From Lama guanicoe (Eukaryota): a stretch of DNA of 64,000 nt. A program made the translations under genes and the position numbers. This document shows positions 42,841 to 54,499 of the stretch, in pieces (within the stretch, counting starts at the first letter, position 1; each line of letters begins with the position of its first letter). The notes beneath the pieces were generated by a model. The model did not search any database and was not told where the DNA came from. It was given only the letters and a program-made list of their open reading frames with translations. The stretch lies in assembly GCA_013239625.1 (NCBI GenBank), contig MU053873.1, positions 1,502,524 through 1,566,523 on the forward strand. Reading direction: 5' to 3'.

Positions 42841-44059
42841 TTACTCTTGCTTCCCCAGTTGTGGTACTCAGTTTCTCTTCTTATTGTGTTCTTATTCTGG
42901 GAATAATGATTAGACTATATAAATAATTATATAATGCAGTGCAAATTGAAGAATTTAGGGGATTAAGAAATTGATGTTATTTCCATGAGTCCTACCTATT
43001 ATTCATTAACAAATGCAGTATTCGTGGTTGGAAGGACATATTTATTCACACAGTAAAGCTAGTATAAAAGGAAACCATTTTGTAGTTCAGCGTTTTTCTC
43101 CCTTTGCTAAATACCTCTTAATACTTTCAGTTTTGGTTTGTCTTACTATATGGAAGAGTATAGAAGCTAGACTAGTGAATTATCAGGCCCTCGTGGAAGC
43201 AGTTAGGAACAAACCTGCAAGAAAACTATGATTTGAAGTAACAGTGTGGACCTTTATTCTTGGCCCCCAGATGAGAAGCACCTATATGTTTATAAAGCCC
43301 TTCAGATAGGATCACTTCTCCCCAGGTAAATATCAGTGAAGAGCAAACTGTACCGTGGCTTCGGTGAGTGTGTATTATGAAGGACAGAGCTGCAACCAGA
43401 AAAGTGGGATCGTATTCCAAGTCTTTCCTCCTTTTCACTAACTATTGAACTGAAAAGAAACAAATAAAAGCTCTATCTGGGTAGTATGTGTAGTAGGGTA
43501 TATATTGGTTATCTTCACAGTATTTTGACGGTTGGTAGTGTTGAGAATTATGTTCTGCTTTAAAGTCTAATGTTCTTAGTTAAAGAGGACCTCTGGAATT
43601 AACTCTCATTTTTCCATGGCAATTAAGAGCCTGAGAAAGTAGCAGAGATTAAAGTAAATTCAACCCCCAGCCTGGCCCCTGGTTTCCAGGCTGGCTGCGG
43701 TGAGAACTGTCAGGGAGATAGATGGGGGCTCTAAGGGTTCCTGGAGTTTTCAGCCATGTGTGGGCACCACATGTGGTGTGTTCAGTGAATACAAATACAA
43801 GAACACATGCTGTTTCCATTAGGGACACTTCAGACCCCTCTCTGTCCCCAGCCTGACTGCAGAGTTGAATGGGTCATTTATCATAGGCCACTTACTGATA
43901 CTGACTGGCGCTCAGGCCCTGCTACAAGTAAGCAGCGAACAGTGTGACTTAGTTCTTTCAGAATGTTCATCATACAGGAATGTTGTTTCTTAACAACCCA
44001 CAAATTCATTTGTAAAGAAGAAACATTTTACTAGCTGCTTCGAGAGGGGAAGGTATTTA

Positions 44060-44590
44060 GAATGCAAATCTGACCATGTGTCCACCTTGCTTAAATCTTC
44101 AAGGACTCATGATAGTCAACATCATTCAAGACTGGGGTCTGCCTTCTCTGCAGCCTCATCAGATTCCTTCTAGAAGGCTGAACTGCTGTTAGCTCTCCAC
44201 ATATATCAAACAATTTTTGGCCTTCCCTTGACCTCTGCTTCTTTGTTCCTTTTGTTGACAAGTCCTTTCTCTGCCTTTCTTCTTTGTCAAGGTAAAGCAT
44301 TCTCATTTTAGAAGACTGAGATTAGATATCACCTCCCCCAGCAAGCCTTCCTTATTTCTCTTCCCCGAGTCTGGGCTTGGCACCCCACTCTGTGTGCTCA
44401 GAGATGGTGAGATGCCATCTGTCATAGGTGGGTCTTTTCTCATTGTATTGAAGTCATGTTTCTGTCTCTGTCTCTTGGTGTGAGCAGCCTGAAGGCCAGC
44501 TGATGCTTGTTCCCTCAGCCCCAGGTGCCCAGCCAGGTCCTCGAGCAGTGCAGAGGCAACCACCAGTGATTCTTGAACTGAGCTGAACTG
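44060..44590. mobile_element. L2 LINE fragment
   Basis: atgcaaatctgaccatgtgtccaccttgcttaaatcttc...tcacctcccccagcaagccttcc, ending in a gaactg-type repeat. Confidence 0.65.
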
Positions 44591-46849
44591 CCTTGTAAGC
44601 AGCTCTTAGCTCCGCTCAGGCATAGTCACATATGATTCTCATTATACTCCCTATCCCAGTGCCTTACACACCCACACGATGAGAAAGTTCACATTGAAGA
44701 ACTGGGCGGCAGTGTGACTCCTTCAATTTTCCATGATTGAGGAGCCCAGGTACACGAACTGTACAATCTGTTTTCCTTCGTGAGTGTTGTCACTGGAGAC
44801 ACTGTTTACTGAGTGTTGTCTCTGGAAGTCCCAGCAGGCACCTAACAGCTACATCACCTTGTTTGCACTCAGGAAAATAGTATCTTAGAAAGAGTGCCTG
44901 GTATCCTCACGCTCTTAATCATCTCCCTGTTTTATTTGGCATCTCTTCTCGGGTTTGGGCAGATCTTGTCCTCAGCTGGGGCTCTAGTTGAGTTTCTCAC
45001 TGCTGCTTAGTGTGTGCTTGCCTGCTGTTTGCTTTCCAGAAATGCGTCTTCTTCCTAGCCAGGTGCTGGCATGTATGCACAATGGTTTAAAAAGTGTTTT
45101 TGTTAAAGGAGAATGCACCTCCATCTTTTATTCTGTCTTATATTTTTGCTAGGTTGCTCTACTTTGATCTTCCTTCTTCTTGTCATTTCTTCAGGAGGCC
45201 ACATAGCACAATGGGAATGACAGGAGCTTTGAAGCCCAAGATCTGCAGTGAAAGCAGAACTCTAACACTTACTAGGTGGTAATGGACTCACAGCTTAACT
45301 TTGAGCCTTAGTTTTCTCTTTTGAAAATGGGGATAGTTCCTCTGTTGTTACGTTAGTGTAAGGACTCAGTGAGGTATGCAGGCATCTGAAAGTGCCAAGT
45401 ACTGGTCACTGTGGTCATTACCACATGTAACTGTACTGGGTTCTATGTGGGATACTAAATACTGACACATGAAACAAGTAAGTGGCTATGCAATGTATTA
45501 TATATGAAGAGCGGCAAGATTAGCTCCTCAAAGAATCACAGAATGTTAAAGACTGGAAAAGAGCCTTGGAGACTATCTGGTCTAATCCCACCTAGAAACC
45601 AGAGTTTAAGTTTTGACTTTTTTTTACATTTATTAATTGTGTCACCTCAGACTCAGCTTCCTTATCTACAAAGCAGGGAAAATCATTAATTGTACCCCTT
45701 TACTCTGTGGAAGTGGCCTAAGGATGGCATTATTACTGTGTGCTAGCACAAAGTCATATTGGTATTATGTTTAATAATAGGAGCTTTATAATCTTAGTAC
45801 TGCATTTTGTTCTTTTGTTAAATACAACTGTGAGTCTATGATTTTTTTCCCCATCATGAAGCATGGAAAACTGTTAAAATAGTTATTCAGTTCTCATGCA
45901 TCTGTTAAAGAAAATTTCTGCTTTTAAACGTTATCAAAACCCCAAAGGGAAGCTACTGTTCCCTGCCACTTGTGAACGTAAGCATGACTTCTGAAAAACA
46001 ACTTTTCACAGTATAAAAATGCAGGTCTGGCTGGCTTTCTCTCTCTATGGTCTGTTGTAGTGAGCTCTAAGGACATCTGAATGATAACTGCTTTCTCTCT
46101 TAATACGTAATGTCTCCACTTGAACTTATCTTGCTCGTAGGCATGACACAGGCAGCATTAGGCTGGGCACTCTCAGTGGACCTCCTCCTAGGTGTACGTG
46201 GACGGCCAGCTAGATCCCTCTCACTTCACTGAGCTGTGAAATTGACACCAAATTGTGCCATTAGCTTGTTTCCGAAGGGTATGTTGTGCTGGATGTTCTC
46301 TTCTTGCTTGCACGGTACATGAAAAAAGATGGCGAGATAAAATGTCCCATAAATGAACATGAGCGAGTAAATTTAGGTGTAATTTGTCGTGAATTAAAAA
46401 CATTGAATAATGTATCAAGAGCCCCTGGAAGTAGAGGTGCTGAGAATTCAGAGCATGTATTTAGTACTTGGAGAAAAGAAAATGTAGAGCTTTAGGTTTC
46501 TTTTTTGAAGTTTTTTTTTTTTTTTCAGATTTTCATTTGCCGTCTTTATACCCTGCTAGTAAGAGGACACTCTTGCAATCAGTTAAGTCATTCAGTAGCA
46601 CTTATCTGTTCACTGATTCAGGTGTAGTAGTGTGTTTACATGAGTGTTTTTCCTTTCCATAGCTAGATCGTTCTTTGCCTACCTTTGATTAGAAGATCGA
46701 GATAAGCTATTTCTCAGTAAAATCTTTCCCCTGTAATTGAAAGGAGGCGATGGGTAACTGTAGATGTGGTGGTTGGAAGAGATTTCTTGGAGTGGAACCA
46801 CGTGGTCCTTGTGAAAGGACTCTGTGTGGGAAAGCATGGCTAGGCTCTG

Positions 46850-47012
46850 CTTTCCCTTCGTCCTTCTCCCAGATATCCACTTAGCTCACTCTTTTTCCTC
46901 CTTCAGGCTTTTACTCAGACCTACCCCTTTCCTACTTATGCACCTTCCCTGCTTCATTTTCCCCTCAGAACTTACCACTCTCTAACTTATTGGCATGGTT
47001 ATTGCTTCTTGG

Positions 47013-47047
<35 letters not shown>

Positions 47048-47215
47048 TTCACATTTTAACATCTGTTAAATTAGGATACAATTGTCCTTTTCTCACCTCT
47101 AGAATATAGAGGGCAAAGATTCCTGTTTATGGTTTATATTCTGTGTCTCCAGCACCTCTAGCGGTGCCTCTCAAGTAATAGGTGCTCAGTAAATATTTGT
47201 TGACTGAATTGATGA
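46850..47215. mobile_element. L2a-like 3' end containing a (CA)n microsatellite at 47016-47046
   Basis: Terminus taggtgctcagtaaatatttgttgactgaattgatgaa. The CA run is seen directly. Confidence 0.7.
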
Positions 47216-48033
47216 ACTGTCTGGGTTCAAGGGATTTGAGGGGAAGCTGTTCTACATTTACCCCTCTATCCTTGTCTCACCACCTATCTCCCTACCCCAG
47301 TCACCTTGTCTTTTCTTGCTTGTCTTTTCTGTACCTGAGGACAGTCTCATTTTATCTGGCCCCCAGCCCACTCCACATCACTTGTGAGGTCACTAAAGCA
47401 GTGAGCTGGGTGTATGGTGGATATCAATTCCCCATTCTCTCTAACTCAAGCCTAAAACTCTAAGAATTACCCTGTTGGCGCAGGTCTTTCTCTATCTAGC
47501 TCTGTAGTCTGTAGCAGTAGGAGCAAAATGATACCAGAGAGAAACTTGGATCCACACAAAGGAAAGAAGAGAGCTTAACATGCTAATATGTGGATAAATA
47601 GAAATCAATTTTCCCCCATTTTTTCATTTACTTAAAAGATAATTGACTGTATAAAGAAGAAATAATAGCAATGTATTGTGGGGCTTATAACATGTTAAGG
47701 TAAAATGTAAAATAATAATAGGTCAAAGGACAAGAGGGAGAAATGAAAGTATACTGTTGTAATATTATTCAAAAGTAGACTGTGACAAGTTAAAGATGTG
47801 TACTGTAAACCCTCACAGCCTTTCTCAACTGGAGTTCCTCATCTCAACTATAGAACACAGAAAATTATTTGAGTGGCTCTTGTCTCAATTCTCCTAAGGA
47901 TAGAATGTAATTAGTACCATTTTAGGATTCATAGAAGAAGAGTTAAATCATTACATACAGTTGATGCCTTAGGGCATCTGGGCCTAAGTTTGCCATAGAA
48001 TCCCAACTGAAGAGGGCTCGGAGAGCAGCCAGT

Positions 48034-48080
<47 letters not shown>
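48034..48080. repeat. (GA)n microsatellite
   Basis: Seen directly. Confidence 0.9.
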
Positions 48081-48460
48081 GTTGAGAAAGACTAATAAGC
48101 CAATAGAAGAGATAGAATGAAATTCTAAAAACTGCTCACTTGATCAGAGGAAGGCAGGATAAAAAGGGAAAAAAGGAACAAATGAGAGATGGAAGTTCCA
48201 GGTTTTAGTCAACCATCCAAACTGTTAGACCCATTCTGAGTTGCTTGAGTTCAGTAAACTTCCATGAATACATTTGTCCTATGTTACATTCCTTTCACCT
48301 TAACACCATTAAGATCAATTCTTACATATAGTCCTCAGTTTTCTATTGATATGAACTGTAAAACCTTGCAGTTCTACTGCTGTTTGCTAACACTTTACAT
48401 GTCATACTTTTGTACCTGACCTCCTGAAGCTGCCAGGACTTGAGTCTAGTTATTAGTCTA

Positions 48461-48667
48461 GAAGAGTTATTCATAACTGGAGGCAATTCTGCCCTCAAGG
48501 GGACATTTGGCCATGTCTGGAGACATTTTGGTTGTCCCAGCTGGGGGTAGGATGCTAATGGAATCTAGTGGATAGAAGCCAGGTGTGCTGCTAAGCATCC
48601 TTCATCCCCAGTGTGCTTAGACATTCCTGCACCACAATGTCAGTAGAACCATGATTGATAAACCCTA
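48461..48667. mobile_element. MER20 hAT-Charlie element
   Basis: ggcaattctgccctcaaggggacatttggccatgtctggagacattttggttgtc...atctagtggatagaagccagg...aatgtcagtag matches the recalled MER20 consensus. Confidence 0.85.
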
Positions 48668-51489
48668 GTCTACTAGCAGTGAGAAGTGCTGGAGGTGGGG
48701 CCAGTTCTCAAGATTAGTATCTTCTTCAAGGCAATTGCTTCAGGAGAGGCTATTCATTATAGGTTATCAGGCGAGGGACCTGATAACACTTGGAGTTTGA
48801 GGTCTTCAGTTTCATCAGAATATGCCCATATGTCTTCATCCTTTTATTCAGGTCCCATTCCTTCTCAGTCTATGTCCTAATTAGTTTTCAGAACTTTTAA
48901 ACCTGGCTTTAGAAAATAAGGACTTTTTTCAGGACAGTCATAGAAGCTTTCTGATTCCTTACTCTAACCTTGGGCTGGAAATTTAAAGTGCTAAGCTCAT
49001 AATTTTCTTTCTTTAAGTTCTCTACCATCCTTAGAAGCAACCAAGCCTACAGTCTTTACACTGTTTCCACTAATATAGACCATGGCAGCAGCTCCTTGGT
49101 CACCAAAGCCTTGCCCTTTTTTGGCACTTGATTTCAGGTGACTGCAGGTAGTACTTGTATCATCCGTTTTGCCTCTATATACCATGCACTCAATATCCCA
49201 ATTCAACACTGGCAAAAAGGTCACTAATGCCTTTGAGTATAGTCAGATCACAGACCCAATTCTAGAGTTCCTTTCATTCTGTTACCTTGGAATTCCACTT
49301 CCAAGACTCATAGTTACATCAGTCATGCAAGCAAAGCCACAATGAGTGTTACGGGGTAAGGGATTTAATGAAGGAATTAGAACTACACAAATGGGGGAGT
49401 AGCTAAGGAAATGAAGGTTCAAGAAAGGGGTTTGGAGGATCAGTGGAAAAGTCACTACTCTGTCCTCCTGAAGCACTGTCATAGGTGGGCAAGTTGGATC
49501 TTGCAGAGGAATCTAAGAAGCAGAGCATGTCCAGCTGCTGAAGTCAGATTGTGATGGGAGAGTTCATGGAGGGATCTGTGGGGAAGCTGTTGCCTCTCAC
49601 TACTGCCAGGCCTCCGAGGATGGACCAGGGACTGTTGCTGGTCAGAAAGAGCAGCAGTTGGGGAGAAAACCTGGATATGCAGCAGTGGAGAAAGACGAAG
49701 CTGGAACATACCAGACACCTCTCTATCTGTTCACCATCATATTAGGCCATGAAGACTCGAGGAGCAGTAGCTGCTGCTTCAGTTCCACCTCCCAAATTTC
49801 TCTCAAGTTCCTTTTTTGACCTACTCTAACCTGAAACCACATAAGGTACAGGAATTTAGGAAATGTAGTTCCAACCTTAACCAAGGTAACAATAGAATGA
49901 TCTTATGGTTACAGTTTTTACATTTTTATCTATGATCCGTTTTGAGTTTATTCTTACCTGTGGTCTGAGGTATGCATCTCATTTTATCATTTTCCAAAGG
50001 CTATTCAGTTTCTCCATCAACATTTATTGAAAAGTCCATCTTTGCCTGTGTCTTGAGATGCTGCCATGCTCATACTGTTTCCTTATGTTCTTGCATTTAT
50101 TCTGAACTTTGTATTCTGTTTCAGTGTTCATTTTTTCTATTCAGGTGCCGATACAACGTTGTTTTATCTTAGAGACTTTTAGTATGTTTTCATATCTGAT
50201 AGGCTAGTTTTCCTGTATACGTTTGAAAGCCCATATTTAAACACCAGTCTTATCTCACTTCAGTTAGAATCGCACTTAGATCAGTGTTTGGCCTTGAATA
50301 TTAGGAATTGTTAATGGAAAGGAGAAATTTGCGATTTAGAGTCCAATTAACTTTGCCACTGATTACAGTGGAGTTTCAGCTGGGGTGAAGCTTCTTTCCT
50401 ATTCAGAGTTGAGTGAAGACCAGACATTAAATGCTAGGACAGATGTTACTTCCTTCCCTAACTTCTTGGTCCTGTCTATTTTATTTATTTTTAAATTGAA
50501 GTATAGTTGATTTACAATATTGTGTTAATTTCTGGTGTACAGCATAATGTTTCAGTCATACATATACATATGTATATTCGTTTTCATATTCTTTTTCAAT
50601 ATAGGCTGTTACAAGATATTGAATATAGTGCCCTGTGCTATACAGTAGCAGCTTGTTTTTTGTTTGTTTGCTTTGTTTTGTTTTACATTTTTTATTGAGT
50701 AATAGTCATTTTACAATGTTGTGTCAAATTCTAGTGTAGAGCACAATTCTTCTGTTATACATGAACATACATATATTCATTGTTACATTTTTTCTTTCAC
50801 TATGAGCTACTACAAGATCTTGTTTATATTTCCCTGTGCTATACAGTATAATCTTGTTTATCTATTCTGCATTTTAAAATCCCAGTCAGTCCCTTCCCAC
50901 CCCCAACCCCCTTGGCAACCACAAGTTTGTATTCAATGTCTATGAGTCTGTTTCTGTTTTGTATTTATTTATTTATTTTAGATTCCACATATGAGTGATC
51001 TCATATGGTATTTTTCTTTCTCTTCCTGGCTTACTTCACTTAGAGTGACATTTTCCAGAAACATCCATGTTGCTGCAAATGGCATTATCTTGTCGGTTTT
51101 TGTGGCTGAATAGTATTTCATCGTATAAATATACCACATCTTCTTTATTGAGTCATCTTTTGATGGACATTTAGGCTGTTTCCATGTCTTGGCTATTGTA
51201 AATAGTGCTGCTATGAACATTGGGGTGCAGGTGTCATCCTGAAGTAGAGTTCCTTCTGGATATATGCCCAGGAGTGGGATTCCTGGGTCACATGGTAAGT
51301 TTATTCCTAGTGTTTTGAGGAATCTCCATACTGTTTTCCACAGTGGCTTTCCTTGCTTCCCTCTCCCACTCTTAATGATTTAGATGTCTTCTTTTACAAT
51401 TTTGTGTTTACTCTTTTTGTAATTCATGGCAGTTATCACCTTTCCAGTTATGAGTTTCTCATTTTTGTAGCATCCTACTTCTTTTCTAT

Positions 51490-52389
51490 TTAGAGTAGAC
51501 CTGTCAATATTTCTTTTAGCATGGGTTTAGTGTTGCTAAACTCTTTTAGTTTTTGCTTGTCTGTGAAGTTCTTTATCTCTCCTACTATTCTAAAGGATAG
51601 CCTTGTTGGATAGAGTATCCTAGGCTGCATCTGTTTTTCATTCAGGACTTTGAATATATCTTGCCACTCCCTTCTGGACTGTAGTGTTTGTGTAGAGAAA
51701 TCAGCTGAGAGCCTTATGGGGGTTCCCTTGTAACTCACTCTTTGTTTTTCTCTTGCTGCCTTTAGGATCATTTCTTTATCCTTGACTCTGGCCATCTTGG
51801 TTATGATATGTCTTGGTGTGGGTCTGTTTGGGTTCTTCCTGTTTGGGACCCTCTGAGCCTCCTGTACTTGGATATCTGATTCCTTTAGGTTTGGGAAGTT
51901 TTCAGTCATGATTTCTTCAAATACCTTTTCAATCCCCTTTATTCTTTCTTCCCCTTCTGGAGCCCCTACCATGTGTAGATTGGCACACTTTATATTATCC
52001 CATAGGTCCCTTATATTGTTTTCATTGTTTGTTATTTGTTTTTCTCTCAGCTGTTCTGATTGGGTGCTTTCTGTTGTCCTGTCTTGTAGGTCACTTATTC
52101 GTTCCTCTGCATTATCTAGCCTGCTTTGTACAGCCTTTAGGTCAGCTCTCATCTCAGCAAATGCGTTTACTAATTCTACTTGGTTCTTCTTTATAGCTTC
52201 TATTTCATTTTTGACATATTTTATATCTCTAAACACTATTTCTTTTAGTTCCTTCAGTACTTTGATCACTCCTTTTTTGAAATCTTGATCTAGTAGGCCA
52301 TCAATGTCTGTTTCCTTGATCGTGCTTTCAGGGGCTCTCTCTTGATCTTTTAATTGGGAGTGGTTCCTCTGCTTCTTCATATTGCTCAT
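51490..52389 (-). CDS. LINE-1 ORF1p (RNA-binding chaperone), open frame of 299 aa
   Basis: Coiled-coil region followed by LWDNIK.NL..VG.PE, ENFPNL, RPTPRHI, ILKAAREK, IRLSADFS, SRREW and RILYP motifs. Expression is unknown. Confidence 0.9.
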   Translation of the reverse strand: MSNMKKQRNHSQLKDQERAPESTIKETDIDGLLDQDFKKGVIKVLKELKEIVFRDIKYVKNEIEAIKKNQVELVNAFAEMRADLKAVQSRLDNAEERISDLQDRTTESTQSEQLREKQITNNENNIRDLWDNIKCANLHMVGAPEGEERIKGIEKVFEEIMTENFPNLKESDIQVQEAQRVPNRKNPNRPTPRHIITKMARVKDKEMILKAAREKQRVSYKGTPIRLSADFSTQTLQSRREWQDIFKVLNEKQMQPRILYPTRLSFRIVGEIKNFTDKQKLKEFSNTKPMLKEILTGLL

Positions 52390-53728
52390 ATCTCTCTGGC
52401 ACTGTGGCTTAAGGAGTATCAGTTATCTAGTTCTCCTGGAGACGGTGTGCTCTTAATGATTTTATTGAGAGGTCTTTGTGTCTTTGCCCTGTTTTGCAAA
52501 CTCAGCTTGCTGTTTCCAGAGGCCCTCTGTTGGTGCCGTCTTCTGTGCTGCTCCCAGTGGCTGTCGGCTAGCAGATCGCGCCCACTCCCAACACTGCAGG
52601 TGCTGAGCTCTTACCCAGTGGGCAGGCAGGTCACTCCCCCTCCCAATGCCGCAGTCAGATGCTGTGCTCGGGGGGTTCAGGTGGGCGGATCACGCCCCCT
52701 CCCGGCACCGTGGTCAGGTGCTATGTTCCTGCCAGGAAGGCTGGTGCCTGCCCCACCTTCTCCCGGCGCCTGTCGCTCCGCTGCTCTGTGCAGCTGCCCA
52801 CTCCACCTCGTGTCAGCGCTCCGAAGGCGGGCTTGGGGAAGACCGCAGAACGGCCCCGCCCGTGCTCCATGCCAAATTTCAGCTCCTTGTTTGTCTTGGC
52901 GGCGCGAGTTCTCTGAGGTGCCAGGGCAGAAAGATCCTATCTGCCTCCAGCTGTAAACAAGTCTCGGTCCTGCCTAGGTGGTTGTGGAGCCCCTGGGTGT
53001 GGATTCAGGTCTTGCCCCATCCCCGCCTGGATGCTTGGCATAGGAGGATATGGCGGCTGTGGCTGTGCCCCGCCTCTCTTCTTGCGAGAAGCGCCAGTAA
53101 TGGTGGCGCAGGTCTGAAGAGACAAAGGCTACAGCGCCCCTCCTCCAATGGCACACCAGCCATGTTGCTTTGCTTTTTCACAATTTATGAGGGACTGAGG
53201 TTGTTCTGCCCTGTATCCCCTTCCAGCCACGGTGTGCAGCCCCCTGCAGTCCCCCGGGCTGCCTCAGTGCAGCAGCCCCAGTCCTCTGCCCAGCTCGGGC
53301 AGTCTGTCTTGGCCCCAGCTGCTGGCTCGCATCTCGGGCTGGGTATCACGGGGACCCTGTGCCCGTTTAACTCAGTTATGTTGGTCAAGGGGTGCTCAGG
53401 GCAGATCTGAGCCTTGGAGGCTCCCCTTCTGTCCCGCTGGCCTCTCTGTTGGAGAGGGGAGACCCAGCGAACGAGCACTAGTCCTCCTTTGCTGCCCCCT
53501 CCCTGCAGGACCAATCCCTCACTGTTTTGGTTTTTGTTCTTTCTTTTTTCCTTTTCCCCTACCAGATTTTTGGGGTCTTTGTCTTTCGAAGAGGGCGATG
53601 TTCTGTCAGAGTTCGGCAGGTGCTCTGGTTGGCTGAGTAGGTCTGTAGATGTGAGTTTTGGTGTATTTGTGGGAGAGGGTGAGCTACAATCGTCCTTCTC
53701 CTCCGCCATCTTGCTTCTCTCCAGTCTC
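52390..53728 (-). promoter_or_regulatory. L1 5'UTR internal Pol II promoter, CpG-rich, with a YY1 site
   Basis: Markedly richer in GC and CpG than the flanks. YY1 consensus CCGCCATCTT at 53703-53712 lies about 16 nt inside the 5' end, as in other mammalian L1s. Confidence 0.8.
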
Positions 53729-54035
53729 AGGACCTTGTTGTTTATCTATTTTATATATAGTAGTTAGTATCTGCAAATCCCAAACTCTTAATTTATCCCT
53801 TCCTAACCACTTCCCCCTCTGGTAACCATAAGTTTGTTTTCTATGACTGTGAGTCTGTCTCTGTTTTGTAAATAAGTTCATTTGTGTCCTTTTTTTAGAT
53901 TCCACATATAAGTGATATATGGTATTTTTCTTTCTCTTTCTGGCTTGCTTCACTTAGACTGATGATCTCCATGTCCATCCATGTTGCTGCAAATGGCATT
54001 AGTTTATTCTTTTTTGTGGTTGAGTAGTATTTCAT

Positions 54036-54067
<32 letters not shown>

Positions 54068-54499
54068 CATGGAACACAACTTCTTTATCCAGACATCTGT
54101 TGATGGACACTTAGTTTGCTTTCTTGGCTGTTGTAAATAGTGCTGCTATGAATAGGGGTGTATGTGTCTTTTTGAATTAGAGTTTCCTCTGGGTATATGC
54201 CCAGGAGTGGGATTGTTTGATCATGTGGTAACTCTATGTTTAGTTTTTTAAGGAACCTCCATACTGTTTTCCCTAATTACTGTACCAAACTCTTGTCTAT
54301 TTTAGAACAGGGGAAAAAGCCCCAAACAACAACAACAACAAAACCCAAAAGCAATAAAGGTATTATGAGAATAACTGGAGGAGCAGTGAAGTCTATATGA
54401 AGAGAAAGTAATATGGGGACTGGTGGTGACTTTGACTCTTGGAACGTTGTTTCATTTCTTTGGGCTTTGATTTCCCAATTGCCATATGAGTGAGCTAGT

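Larger units (their letters stand above)
50658..53728 (-). mobile_element. LINE-1 with complete 5'UTR and ORF1 but an internal deletion of most of ORF2 (about 3.07 kb)
   Basis: 5' end at 53728, GC-rich 5'UTR, ORF1 at 52389-51490, 141 bp of spacer, then an abrupt join at 51349/51348 to the last 371 bp of ORF2, 3'UTR and an A-rich tail at 50658-50684. Imperfect TSD AGCAGCTTGTT (50647-50657) and AGGACCTTGTT (53729-53739). Confidence 0.92.
50483..54290 (-). mobile_element. Older 5'-truncated L1 (3'UTR plus ORF2 end, about 0.75 kb) split into 50483-50657 and 53729-54290 by a nested L1
   Basis: The halves rejoin as ...gtgctatacagtag-gaccttgttgtttatct.... TSD TC(C/T)TGTCTATTTTA at 50470-50483 and 54291-54304. 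ORF2 C-terminus ...[13 protein letters not shown]...YHISLICGI at 53895-54110. Confidence 0.85.

Noticed and set aside
47816..48094. Possible hAT element bounded by CAGCCTTTCTCAAC and GTTGAGAAAGACT
   Set aside because: The inverted-repeat match is suggestive, but the right end is confounded by the (GA)n tract and surrounding old L1 sequence. I could not establish a family or TSD.
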